The notes beneath the pieces were generated by a model. It did no database searches. It worked only from the letters and a program-made list of their open reading frames with translations, and had not been told where the DNA came from. A stretch of 63,735 nt of DNA, filler included, from Salisapilia sapeloensis CBS 127946 (Eukaryota; Protista; Oomycota), in the NCBI GenBank assembly GCA_023334545.1. It is 10 parts of 10 records of this genome, joined end to end, with 100 filler letters (N's around TTAATTAATTAA, not from the genome) between each part and the next. Parts side by side here need not be neighbours in the genome. Positions count along the whole stretch, not along the records: positions 1 to 23,454 come from JAADVB010000264.1; positions 23,555 to 29,124 come from JAADVB010000609.1; positions 29,225 to 31,959 come from JAADVB010000858.1; positions 32,060 to 37,018 come from JAADVB010000647.1; 6 more parts are not named here. One strand, written 5' to 3'. Position numbers and translations under genes: made by a program. Every line of letters begins with the position of its first letter. Position 1 is the first letter of the stretch. Of the stretch, positions 23,196-33,656 are shown piece by piece.

Positions 23196-23357
23196 GCACG
23201 TAACATTCGATATACACTACAATTTACCCATAGCAGCATATATTGCATTTGAACGATGATTGATCTTGTGCAAAGTCATATGGGAGCTTGATAGATGGCA
23301 CGATGAGCCTACACAACTTACGAGTAGACATAATCATTGGGCACTTGACACTGCAGC

Positions 23358-23454
23358 TTACGCGGCCTCGGACGCGTGGTGGACGCTCGGGTCCGGGAGC
23401 TCGGTCTCGACGTTGGACGCCGTCATGTCGTGCATGGCGCGGCGGTTGGTCAGG
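23358..23454 (-). CDS. 3' end of an unidentified high-GC3 gene, truncated by gap
   Basis: Reads LTNRRAMHDMTASNVETELPDPSVHHASEAA*; every sense codon ends in G/C. Confidence 0.55.
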
Positions 23455-23554
23455 NNNNNNNNNNNNNNNNNNNNNNNNNNNNNNNNNNNNNNNNNNNNTT
23501 AATTAATTAANNNNNNNNNNNNNNNNNNNNNNNNNNNNNNNNNNNNNNNNNNNN
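23455..23554. other. Artificial contig spacer
   Basis: 44 N + TTAATTAATTAA + 44 N. Confidence 0.99.
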
Positions 23555-23695
23555 CCTGCAGAGGACAACGCTAGGATTGAGAACGGAGTCGTGGAACTCT
23601 CTTGCCACCACCAATTCCACGAGTGCTGTCTCCTGGACTGGTTCGTCGTGAGCACGACGTGTCCAATCTGTCGGCATCAATCGCAAACGAAATGC
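23555..23695 (+). repeat. 141-bp perfect inverted repeat, partner 28984-29124
   Basis: Base-by-base identity with the reverse complement of the other end of this contig. Confidence 0.97.
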
Positions 23696-23704
23696 GAAAC
23701 GTAG
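23555..23704 (+). CDS. RING-H2 gene 3' end (copy 1), truncated by gap
   Basis: PAEDNARIENGVVELSCHHQFHECCLLDWFVVSTTCPICRHQSQTKCET*. Confidence 0.8.
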   Translation, partial: PAEDNARIENGVVELSCHHQFHECCLLDWFVVSTTCPICRHQSQTKCET

Positions 23705-23775
23705 GTTATAGTGATGATATATTTTTCTCGGTGGAGAACATGTCCAAAAGCATTAAATAGGAACTCTCATTTTCC

Positions 23776-24522
23776 CTACGCATTCTTCTTGTAGTGCTTT
23801 ACGACGTTATCCAGCAAGAGCTTGTTCTGCTTGGTGACAACATCCCGACGTAGATTATTGAGCTCTTGGAGAGTGCGCTTGCGGCGTTCCGGCATGTGCG
23901 GTACGTTACGCCGCATCATTCTTAACATGACTTCCGTAAGCATGTTGTTCTGGCTGTCCTTGGCTTGACAAGCGGATGTGAGCCAGTTGACAAGTATGCC
24001 ATAGCCATCCGCCTTTTCAAACACTGTGGCCAGATCCACCGCTCGCTGGTTTTCCGGTATACGCTTGTTCCGCTGAAGTGTCATGTCAAATATGTAGAGC
24101 ACTTGTACCTTGTCTTCTAGCTTAACAGCATCCGTTTTGACACGATTGAGGACAGACTTGAGGTTGTCGCCTCCTTGGATGGCCATGGATTCATCGCACA
24201 AGCGAGTGAGCTGCCAGATTAGATCCGACACGAGCGGAGGAGAGCCTGATGTCGCACGAATGGGAATAGCGTCGTCGACTCTACCAGAACCGTCCCCACT
24301 CGCAGTGGATGTGGGTTTCTCATTGCTCGCAATGTGTTTGCGAGAAGCGGAGAAGCGCCCGCTTTCGAGGGGATGTTTGCCCGTAAGGTGGATGTAGGCT
24401 TCCGTCTGCTGGTGAAATTCAGCAGAGAAGGACTTGAAGGCAGTGAAGCTCAAAACAATGAGATTCTCCAGCAGCTCCTTTTGCTCGTCATTGAGCTTGC
24501 GTGCCGTGCCTTCGGTCGCCAT
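23776..24522 (-). CDS. Hypothetical helical protein, ~248 aa from MATEG
   Basis: 304-codon ORF; the likely start is ATG 24522. No confident family match. Confidence 0.7.
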   Translation of the reverse strand: MATEGTARKLNDEQKELLENLIVLSFTAFKSFSAEFHQQTEAYIHLTGKHPLESGRFSASRKHIASNEKPTSTASGDGSGRVDDAIPIRATSGSPPLVSDLIWQLTRLCDESMAIQGGDNLKSVLNRVKTDAVKLEDKVQVLYIFDMTLQRNKRIPENQRAVDLATVFEKADGYGILVNWLTSACQAKDSQNNMLTEVMLRMMRRNVPHMPERRKRTLQELNNLRRDVVTKQNKLLLDNVVKHYKKNA

Positions 24523-25588
24523 ATTTACCTCGTCCTGGGATCGTGTTGTCGAGGCAAATTTTCGGAACAATAAGAAACGTATATATTTATTCGATACGGC
24601 GGACGATGGGAAGATCTTGGAGGGGTGCGATGGCGAGGTATGACGGATGTCAAGTTCATTACTATGGCCCTGCTCACGATATCTGGCCACTAGATTAGAT
24701 GCATTAGCATGCTGGACCAGATCTGTGGCTTAACAGAGCATGATCGTTTGGAACTTGTTGTTGCGGTTGCCATCTCCTTTACTTTACTAGCTCAAGAGGT
24801 TACTGCGTACTACATTCGGAGCAGATCCTGTGCAACGTACAGATTAATGTCAGTGCTTCAAGCAAACAGAAATGGGGATGGGGAAATATGGTGCTCTTCT
24901 ATTCCCTGGCCATTGGGAACGATTTCGAATTGCACATGGCGCGTCCGAAGAGCATCCGCCTCCAATAGTAGACGCCGTAATCGAATTTTTGGTGACGTTC
25001 CTCGCATAGAGAGAAAGTCTTACAATAATCCGTGGCGTGCTTGGTGGCGAAACCGAGAATCCAGACATCGCGTATGCGAATGTTGGCTGCAATCCTGTCA
25101 CTAGCACTTACTGGAGACCAGTCCGCGCATGGTCCATTGCCAACAACAGTTCGATCTAGAGGCAACCCAGCTGGCACGTCCATCACGCGCTGCAATGATA
25201 TCCGACACTCTATCTGAACCATGCCTTCCCCTTCCGCTTCATCTTAGCTAGTTCAATACTTGTGCGCTCGACGAGATAGACTCTCGTACCGAAAGTAAAC
25301 TCGGGACGTTCATGGTCACCTCCGGCTCTTCTCCATGTATCCATCCGGTGAAGCTACCGAGGTATCGTCCACTTGTGCCGCTCGCAAATGACAACCGAAC
25401 GCTACTTTGCCGCTTTGCTTACATAACGCGGCCAATCCGGGCGGAGCTAACGCCGAAAACCCTTTACACTGCCACTTTTTCCGCACTCGTGAGCTCCCTT
25501 TCGTGCGTGTATTTCCAAACCAAACGCGACGCCCACGGTCTTCTAGCTGTGAGACGTTTTCTTGGTACCAGTCTATACGCATCCGACA

Positions 25589-26691
25589 ATGTGGAAGTCA
25601 GCCTCTCTACTCGCGGTGCTGTCCTGCGTGGCAGCACAAGACTACACAGGTACGCCCCCTCGGTATCCATAAATCTAAACGACAGCTAATTCACATATCT
25701 AGGCTGTCCTCCCGACAAGTTCCCTGTGAGTGTCATTGGCATCAAGGAAGTCCAGTGTCTCGACGCGGCACCATGCTCGGGCATCTATATCGCCGGAGGC
25801 TTACCACAAGGATCGACTGTCGGGGCCTGCCCATCCAACACTGGTTGCGCCATCCTCCCCGGACAAGGAAAGGTATTAGGCTGTGTCATTGAAGGTATGC
25901 CGGACGTCCGGTACGTCAACCCCGACGGTACCATCAAGAGGGACGGAGATCAGCCAGTCGAGTCCAACACACAAAACTCGAACATTCAACCGGCCTCTCC
26001 CCAGCCAGACAACGCATCTCCTTCTGATCCGGCAGCCTCTAAACCAGACAACTCGTCCCCGTCGAACTCGGCAGCTTCCAACACTGGCAACTCACCTTCT
26101 GGTCCGGCAGCCTCCATCCCCGATGGTGCATCTCCTTCTGGGCCTGCGGCCTCATCCCCTGCATCGGCTGCCTCCAACCAAGAAACCTCATCCAAACTAC
26201 CGACGGATACATCCTCTACTTCTCTCACGACGGATACGTCCTCTACTTCTTCCCAAACGGATGCGACCTCTACTTCCGATTCAGCATCTGAAGCTTGGAA
26301 GCCGACGGTAGCACCTGCCTCCAGCATGCAGTCGGCAGGATCATCATCCGAGAGTGCTAGTGTCGGTAGTTACGACAGCATTAACACAGAGGCAAAGGAG
26401 CAGACGGTTTTAAGAAAGGATGAGAGTGGTACAGAACTAAAGTCTTCCGACAAGGACGAAGGAAGTGGGTCGAGCATGACGTCCATCATCGGTGTCATCG
26501 CCGCGTGTGCAGGTGTTGCAGCCATTGCCATCGGTGCTGTGATAATGAAGCGACGACGCGATGAGGACCAAGTGAGCTCTCCCGAAGGCGTCAACGTCAT
26601 GAACGTGTACGGCGACGAAGGTAACCTCAGCGTCAGTGGCGGCTACGGCGACGACGGCGATACGCCCAAGGAAAACGTCATTTTACTCTAA
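25589..26691 (+). CDS. Type I membrane mucin-like surface protein; exons 25589-25649 and 25703-26691
   Basis: Signal peptide MWKSASLLAVLSCVAA in exon 1, a 53-nt intron, a Cys-rich N-domain, a Ser/Pro/Thr repeat stalk, then TM IIGVIAACAGVAAIAIGAVIM followed by KRRR. Confidence 0.88.
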
Positions 26692-26808
26692 CTTAACGTC
26701 TCATTCATTCGCGGAGGAAACCAGTGGAGGTAGACGGGAGGAACATAAAGAGCAAAATGAATTTTGCGTTATGCATGAGAAAGAAAAACGACTTGTATTT
26801 TGACTTTA

Positions 26809-28625
26809 CTAGCGCAAGATGGCTTCGTGCTGTAGGATTTCATCTGCTAGTGGACGCTGGAGCGGATCTGGATGCATCATGCTCGAGATGAGGTGCTGGA
26901 GAGAGTTGGAGTATTGGCGAAACATGACGAGCTCTCCATTTCGGATCTGCTGCCACTCGTCCCCATTGCTCGGCAGGCGCTTGCCCATCGCCAGTTCATA
27001 TATCGTAGCTCCTAGCGCAAAGATGTCTCCTGCGCGTAGGTTCAATCGACTCCCTTCCATCAGTTCTCTATCTTTCTGTCAGATGGATAGTACGAGGTAA
27101 AGTAAGTAGGTGGCGTACCTGCTCAAGTATCGATTATCACCTTCCGTGATCTCCATGCTGCCGTCGACGTGTGCAGCAGTGCCTAGATCCCCTAGCTACT
27201 AGTACGTTAGTATCTACAAGATGCTGTTATCGGATACATAAAGACCTTGTAAATGTCTCCAGGAGCGAGTAGGACGTTGTCAATTTTGACGTCCATGTGC
27301 GCAATCTTGGCGGCGTGCATATCGGACAGAGCTTTCGCCAAGTGTCGAAGGAGTTTGCACAATACGGACTCTGGGACACCATTGGCGCCATGCTTTTCCA
27401 CCATTTTCTCGAGACTGAGGGAACTGCAGTACTCGAGCTGGATGTAGAGCAACTCGTCTTCGATCCAGGCGTCAAAATAGCGTACAACGTGAGAGCTCTT
27501 GAGTGCTGCCAACGCCTGCACCTCTCGCATCGCCATCTCCCTACACATAATGTTAGAAAAAGCCTATCAACGCATTCTTAAGTAAACTACAAGTCGGTCT
27601 TTCGACGCAGGTGATGTCGACTCTTTTTCACAGCGTAGATCCACCCGTCAAACTTTTTCAAGACTTTATACACTTTCGAGAACTGGCCGGATCCGAGTAA
27701 CTCGAGTTCCGTAAAGTCTGCCAAGTACTTGGACACTGCCATCTGCCTCCCAAACGTCGACGGGAGAGACCGTCGCTTACGAGACGGACGCTTTCGACCG
27801 AGGGTAGGAGCGATCGGAGCGAACGGATTTACACCTTCTTCCTCTTCGCTCGGACGAGGTTTCTTCTCGCCGCGATGGAGAAAAGTCTGACTAAAGTGCT
27901 GACTCTGGCTTTGACTCAGCATCGATCCGACGTCGTCCTCTCTGTCTGGCAGATCGACACTCGACTGTCGCTTCATGCTTATCTCGTCCATGTCGTCCAC
28001 CAGCTCCTGTGAGTTCATGGCCATAAAGTCGTTGTTTTCCAGTCGACGGGGCTTCTTACGTAGAGGAGACGGTGTTGTTGGGTTGGACAGATGCACGACG
28101 GGCTGGTCCTGTGGCGTGAGGAAGTCCATCTCGTCCTGACTGTACATACGGTCGCTTGTGGATGGTGTCATGTATCGACAATCGAGCGAGGCAGCGTCAG
28201 CATCAAATGAGGAGCTGGACATGAGCCGACGAGAAAGAGGCATTGGCGTTGCAGGAGGCTCCGTGTCCGGTTCTCGCTTCGTAGACGTCGGTGTCTTCGG
28301 TCTTGGTGGCAGCTCCGTGGATGGCTTGTCCGAAGAGCTTTCGGACGTCGTAGTTCCACTGACCTGGCCAATTGGCCTCTTCTTGTCGGTCGCATTTTCC
28401 TCTGCTGCTTGCTTGTCCTTGCCTCTGGAGACATAGACGATAAGAATGGGTGCCCACTAGGCTATATAAATGTAGTCTGTACTGTTTGAAAAAGTCCTGG
28501 ATACTGCGTTGCTTCTTGCTGTTTACTTGGGAAGGTTCGTCTCCACCTTTAGTGGAAGCAGCGACTGGCGACTTTGCATTTTGCTTCCCAGTGGCTTTTT
28601 CGCCCCAAAAAGCCGTTAAAAGCAT
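26809..28625 (-). CDS. WEE1: Wee1-like kinase; exons 28625-28483, 28424-27591, 27540-27246, 27195-27119, 27067-26809
   Basis: LLGSGQFSKVYKV...YAVKKS, EVQALAAL, HVVRYFDAW.E...LYIQLEYC, HMDVK, K|LGDLG, EGDNRYLSR|EL, DIFALG. Introns of 58, 50, 50 and 51 nt. Exon 1 is less certain than the kinase exons. Confidence 0.93.
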
Positions 28626-28980
28626 GCTTTCACACTTTGATGTGTACGTCAACGAGCAGGTAGACAACGATAGGAATGGATGCAATCCGATAAGCAAAGA
28701 TACGGCTGCTTATGAACACGACGTTAGTGGTATGCGTACTGCAAATGCGTACTCAGCTACCACCACGACTCTAGCAGCTATCGTGGTATGTGTTCTGTGT
28801 ACCTCTTTAAAAGAATATAAACCTCTGTAGTAATGATACTTCGCGCCAAAACGTTTGTATTGGAAAGTTGGATCTTGAAGCGTTCTACGTCGAAACGCGA
28901 TTGACAGCAACCAAAGTATCCTATGGTAATTTCGAGATAATGTACTTTACTTGCTACATAACTGAGACTACAGACTACGC

Positions 28981-29124
28981 CTAGCATTTCGTTTGCGATT
29001 GATGCCGACAGATTGGACACGTCGTGCTCACGACGAACCAGTCCAGGAGACAGCACTCGTGGAATTGGTGGTGGCAAGAGAGTTCCACGACTCCGTTCTC
29101 AATCCTAGCGTTGTCCTCTGCAGG
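28981..29124 (-). CDS. RING-H2 gene 3' end (copy 2), truncated by gap
   Basis: Identical to copy 1 through ...CPICRHQSQTKC, then TAG. Confidence 0.8.
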   Translation of the reverse strand, partial: PAEDNARIENGVVELSCHHQFHECCLLDWFVVSTTCPICRHQSQTKC

Positions 29125-29224
29125 NNNNNNNNNNNNNNNNNNNNNNNNNNNNNNNNNNNNNNNNNNNNTTAATTAATTAANNNNNNNNNNNNNNNNNNNN
29201 NNNNNNNNNNNNNNNNNNNNNNNN
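29125..29224. other. Artificial contig spacer
   Basis: 44 N + TTAATTAATTAA + 44 N. Confidence 0.99.
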
Positions 29225-29242
29225 ACTACAAGTGCTACCAAG

Positions 29243-29592
29243 TGTGACGGGTGTCACAACGATAGCCCTTTAAACGTAAGGGAAGCGTTAAACGCGGAGT
29301 ATGAAACTCTTGTACTAAAAGTACGGAAGTAGTGTAAGACACTTGTGCTTTAGAAAGCAAAATGAGAACTGATTGTATTTAGCTTTAATCAGACTACTAG
29401 ACTTTGAGTTTCTATATACCTACTAAATCTTAATACAATCTCCTTAATCTTACTCTTAGTATGGAAAGGTCTAACGACCATTCTTGCTCCTTGTACCTTT
29501 GTATTTGCATCACATGCTCCAATACAAGGACCCACTTCAAGATCCGGAATGTTACCCCAGCTTGGGATACATTCATGTAACTTCCCGTTACA
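29243..29592 (+). mobile_element. 350-bp solo-LTR-like element, family A copy 1
   Basis: TGTGACGGG...CCCGTTACA termini; second copy at 59715-60064 with about 25 substitutions by manual count. Strand is arbitrary. Confidence 0.8.
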
Positions 29593-31212
29593 CTTCGTAT
29601 GTATATGTACGAAATCATCGGGAACAATTGTCATTATGTCCCATGTAATGATTAGCCCATTACATAGACTCAACGTTATTAGATGTGATGGTGCCATATC
29701 GAGCACAAGGAATGACATAAGTGAACCACTTTTCTTTGCCTACATTCATTAACCATGCATGTGCATCTTCGTTCATTGATTCAAGCTCTGACGCATTAGT
29801 CTCAACATCTCTCAGTGTTCGAGCGCGAGCTAAGATCAATGACTTGTTCTTTAAATCCTTCGATTTGAAAACTCTGTTAAAATGCTCCATTAGATCACGG
29901 AAACAGTAGAAGTGTGGAACTTCAGATGCAACGCCCTTTATCGCCGGTATACTTCCTTTATCTCTGTCAGAAATGACAAAACCAGGATTAATACGTATCG
30001 CTTCAAACAGAGCTCTTAGGAAGAAGGTCCAATTGGACTTGTTTTTAATTGATACTATAGAGATTCCAACGAGCTGTATTTCGCCATTGTCATTTTACAA
30101 GCACGCAACTAGAAGCGTCCCTCCGACTGGCGTCTTCATAAACGTATTGTCGACACTCAGTCCCCAAACAGCATAAGGCTTAAAGGCAATAAGACCTTGT
30201 TGAAAAATTATGCTTAAGCGACCAAACTGACTGGTTTTGGTCTCGAGTTTAGTCTTATGACGATGGTTTTTAAGCAATCTCAAATACGCTGGTAAAGACG
30301 AAAATCGAAGTTCCTTATCTTTGATGAATAATCTCCTAAGTCTGTCAATTGCTCTGAAACAGTTTTTAAATTTAAATACGACCCCAGTCCTCTCAACATG
30401 CACTTTCAACTCCCCAGGTGTCAGAATCCCATTTCTGTCGTTAAAGCAACGACGAACAATATCATTTTGAGCAAGTTGCTTGGCGGTCCACTTTCTGTTC
30501 AAAGAACGCTCAAAGCTTTCCAATGTAAAGTCAGCAAGACAAGAATGTGGTATGAATTTTGTTGGTGGCTTGAAGTTGCTAGAAAAAGCAAACTATACAA
30601 TAAACGCACAACCTTCATGCGTACACACCGTCTTATATGCACGCTTGTTGCTTTAACCACTCTGAATGATCTTTTAACACTGTCATTGTATTCAATGATG
30701 GCCTGTATAATGTCTTCTTTCTTTGTATATGTCGTCGTGTCGAAAAACGACATGCTGATAGAGGCGCGAAATAAACTTGAATTTGGTCACTTTTAAGCTT
30801 AAAGATGCAAATATGCTTGAAAGGATGGGCTACGCTATCTCTGATCGTTTTAGTTTAAGGGTTTTCTGATATGCGATCACATTGACGAATTAATGGAAAC
30901 GATTTGGAAACGGATAAAAACGGACAATGGGCATTAACAGTCACGTACAATTGGCATGGAGCTATACATGGCAGAGTCAGCAAGAGTTCGTCACATATCA
31001 GTGCATCCCTATGAGATCATACACTAGTGCTATGTTAAACGCTCACCATGACGTATTGAGCATGTTTATTATATTTAAAACAAAAATGTGGCTTTTTGTC
31101 TTTACATCTAAAAGTGTGTGACATATTAGTCCCTTTTCGAAACGATGTGACATTTCTGTCTTTTAATTCGGAGATTGTGACATATTTCTCCTTTCCCTTT
31201 CCTGAAAATCTC
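29593..31212 (-). mobile_element. Decayed MuDR/MULE DNA transposon (frameshifted transposase plus probable TIR)
   Basis: Fragments: KKEDIIQAIIEYN...RSFRVVKA (MuDR N-domain), GLSVDNTFMKTPVGGTLLVAC (first catalytic Asp region) and YGTITSNNVESM. Spaced TGTGACAT repeats at 31117-31183. Confidence 0.8.
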
Positions 31213-31234
31213 CAGAATCCTATATCTCAGGTTT

Positions 31235-31393
31235 TGTGATTCTTAATACAAAAGTTCGTCCGAGGCGTGCCTCCCAGGCGCTATGGAGGAATAGACAAGT
31301 CATCTAATCATCTATACTAAACGAGTACCAAAACAAAAGAACAAAACAAATAAAAAGTCACTAACTACAGCAACAGACAGAGCGCCCGTCACA
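31235..31393 (+). mobile_element. Degenerate family-B-related LTR-like fragment
   Basis: Shares GTCATCTAATCAT and GTACCAAAACAAAA with family B and ends CCCGTCACA; left boundary uncertain. Confidence 0.4.
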
Positions 31394-31739
31394 AGACAGA
31401 TCTCATTTAACATGCATGGAAAACGAAAGGAAATATAGCTGAACAAACAAAGCCTTTGACTTGGAAGAGTGTAGTGTTGATTTTTGATTGTCTAAAGGCT
31501 GGGTTCATTTGCGGCTGGGCCAAGCTCATCTGTGCTTTCAAATGATTGATTAGCAACAGCAGTGTCTGTTGTTGAGGCAGTTTCTTGCAATGAGTTACTA
31601 GGTGTGAGAATATTATCTTGAGCTGATGCATAGTTGGTGTCATTGTCACATTCGAAAACTCTGTCACGAATAGTGTCATTCGCATTAACAAATACGGGGG
31701 TCGTTCTTGCAACGATCGTAGCTGATTCGAGCATTTCGC

Positions 31740-31959
31740 TAATGTTTTGTTAGTTGTGCCGTGAAAACTGGCACCGCCGGACAGGATCAGCATCCGGTAA
31801 ATTAAATAGTTCGATCCAAGCCATCTCATTTAATATATCGTTCTATTATTACATAGATTTAGCAACTAAGAACGATGCTTTATATCGCATCTATCGAAAT
31901 TTTGTTTCCTTTGCTGCTGCAATTGCAACCTTGCTGCCTATTGGACGCTTGGATTGATC
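31740..31959 (-). pseudogene. Relic resembling a NAM-associated / Harbinger accessory protein C-terminus
   Basis: DQSKRPIGSKVAIAAAKETKFR*...NDILNEMAWIELFNLPD with several stops; family call from recalled RPIG-K motif only. Confidence 0.4.
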
Positions 31960-32059
31960 NNNNNNNNNNNNNNNNNNNNNNNNNNNNNNNNNNNNNNNNN
32001 NNNTTAATTAATTAANNNNNNNNNNNNNNNNNNNNNNNNNNNNNNNNNNNNNNNNNNNN
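31960..32059. other. Artificial contig spacer
   Basis: 44 N + TTAATTAATTAA + 44 N. Confidence 0.99.
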
Positions 32060-32063
32060 ACAG

Positions 32064-33656
32064 ATGCTGCACAAAGCCATCGATATGAAGAACATGCAGA
32101 TCGCTACAACGCTGCTGGAGAGAGGTGTCAGTGTAAACGCGGTGGATGACCTCTCGTCGGATGGAACAGGAGAAACGCCACTTGAACGTGCCTGTCGACT
32201 GGGCCTCGCAGAATTCATCGTCTTATTACTCGACCATAGTGCTGATATTGCGCCTAGAAAGAATATTTATCCGCTTCCTCTGCTGGTAATCGTCGCTAAA
32301 ATTGGTGATGCTGCAAACGTGAAAAAGGTGATGGAACGAAATGTGTCTTTGGAAGCCATAGATGAGCGAGGTCGGACAGCACTGCACTATGCGTGTGAGC
32401 TCGGGTTTTCAGATATTGCATTGTCCCTATTGGATGCTGGGGCACCGCCAAATGTGGAGGATTATGCAGGCGAAACGCCGTTGTCTTTGGCTCTCAAGAA
32501 GAATGAGAGAAGAATGCACCGTCTTTTCGAAAATCATCCGTTGGTCGACTGGAAAGACTTGAAAGAGATACGACGCCCTTGCTGGTGGCTGAATGGCGAG
32601 CGTATAGCGATCCATCGAGAACCTTTTGCGACAAATGGAAGCTTTGGAGAAGCTCATTTTGGTCGATGGAAAGGCTTGGATGTCGTCGTGAAGATGCTAA
32701 AGACGGATAGAATTAGCGATGCAAAAAGGTTGGTGCAGCGTTTCCATCATGAAATTCGAGTATGGAATGGACTTCAGCATGAGAATGTGATTCGACTGCA
32801 TGGTTTCTGTGAGCTACCGGCAGGAAATACCTTCCTTTTTGTGTGCGAGAAGGCTGATAAAGGAGATCTGTCAAGCTACCTTTGTGCGGGGACGGAAACT
32901 CGCATGTCGTTCATCTGGAAAATATTAAAGGAGACTGCTCGAGGTCTCCAGTTTTTACACGATAGCAACGTGGTGCATGGTGATCTAAAATGCAACAACG
33001 TGTTTCTGAGCGGTGAAAAGTGCACTGCGAAAGTAGCTGACTTTGGGCTAAGCGCCACCCGGGGACTTATTGAATCACTCAATATTGATTCTCGTACTGG
33101 TGCGACGCAATGGGTAGCTCCTGAATGTCTTCAAGGACATCCTACTTCTTTTGAATCGGATGTGTACTCTCTTGGTATGTGCGTGATTGAGGCTATTAGT
33201 GGCAAAACACCTTGGGGGCGTCTGGAAGCACCTGCGGTCAAGAGGCACGTCTTAAATCGAAAGCTTCCCGCAAAAAGTGACCACGAACGCGTGTCTGAAC
33301 AGGCTTGGGATCTAGTTTATGGCATGTGCGCGTTTAAGCCAGAGGACAGACTGAAGCTTGGCGAGGTTATCAGCAAGTTGGTCCAATTGGAAGTTTCAGA
33401 CGACACAGTGTTACTTCCCCTCGAGCGTAGTGAAGCGCATGATGGCGTGTCTTCGAGTGTAAGGTTCTCTAGCTATGCGTTTGAATCGAGAGCTTCTTCC
33501 GCCATGAGCCATCGACTGCGCCAACCGTCTCCTTATGCTTCCATGTTTACCTCATACATCGATGAGAACTCTGAGGGTAGTACGTCTACATGGACAACGT
33601 CCACTTCTGAAGAACGCTTTAGCAAGATCAGTAGTCAGAGCAGCGAGACGGATTAG
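32064..33656 (+). CDS. Ankyrin-repeat TKL protein kinase, probably 5'-truncated
   Basis: Ankyrin repeats (GETPLERAC, GRTALHYAC, GETPLSLA), then VVVK, HGDLKCNN, DFG, WVAPE and SDVYSLG. Confidence 0.92.
   Translation: MLHKAIDMKNMQIATTLLERGVSVNAVDDLSSDGTGETPLERACRLGLAEFIVLLLDHSADIAPRKNIYPLPLLVIVAKIGDAANVKKVMERNVSLEAIDERGRTALHYACELGFSDIALSLLDAGAPPNVEDYAGETPLSLALKKNERRMHRLFENHPLVDWKDLKEIRRPCWWLNGERIAIHREPFATNGSFGEAHFGRWKGLDVVVKMLKTDRISDAKRLVQRFHHEIRVWNGLQHENVIRLHGFCELPAGNTFLFVCEKADKGDLSSYLCAGTETRMSFIWKILKETARGLQFLHDSNVVHGDLKCNNVFLSGEKCTAKVADFGLSATRGLIESLNIDSRTGATQWVAPECLQGHPTSFESDVYSLGMCVIEAISGKTPWGRLEAPAVKRHVLNRKLPAKSDHERVSEQAWDLVYGMCAFKPEDRLKLGEVISKLVQLEVSDDTVLLPLERSEAHDGVSSSVRFSSYAFESRASSAMSHRLRQPSPYASMFTSYIDENSEGSTSTWTTSTSEERFSKISSQSSETD

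Noticed and set aside
24850-25222. Two overlapping short minus-strand ORFs that might form a small gene
   Set aside because: The only obvious GT-AG join is 17 nt, far below the local intron size; no family recognised.
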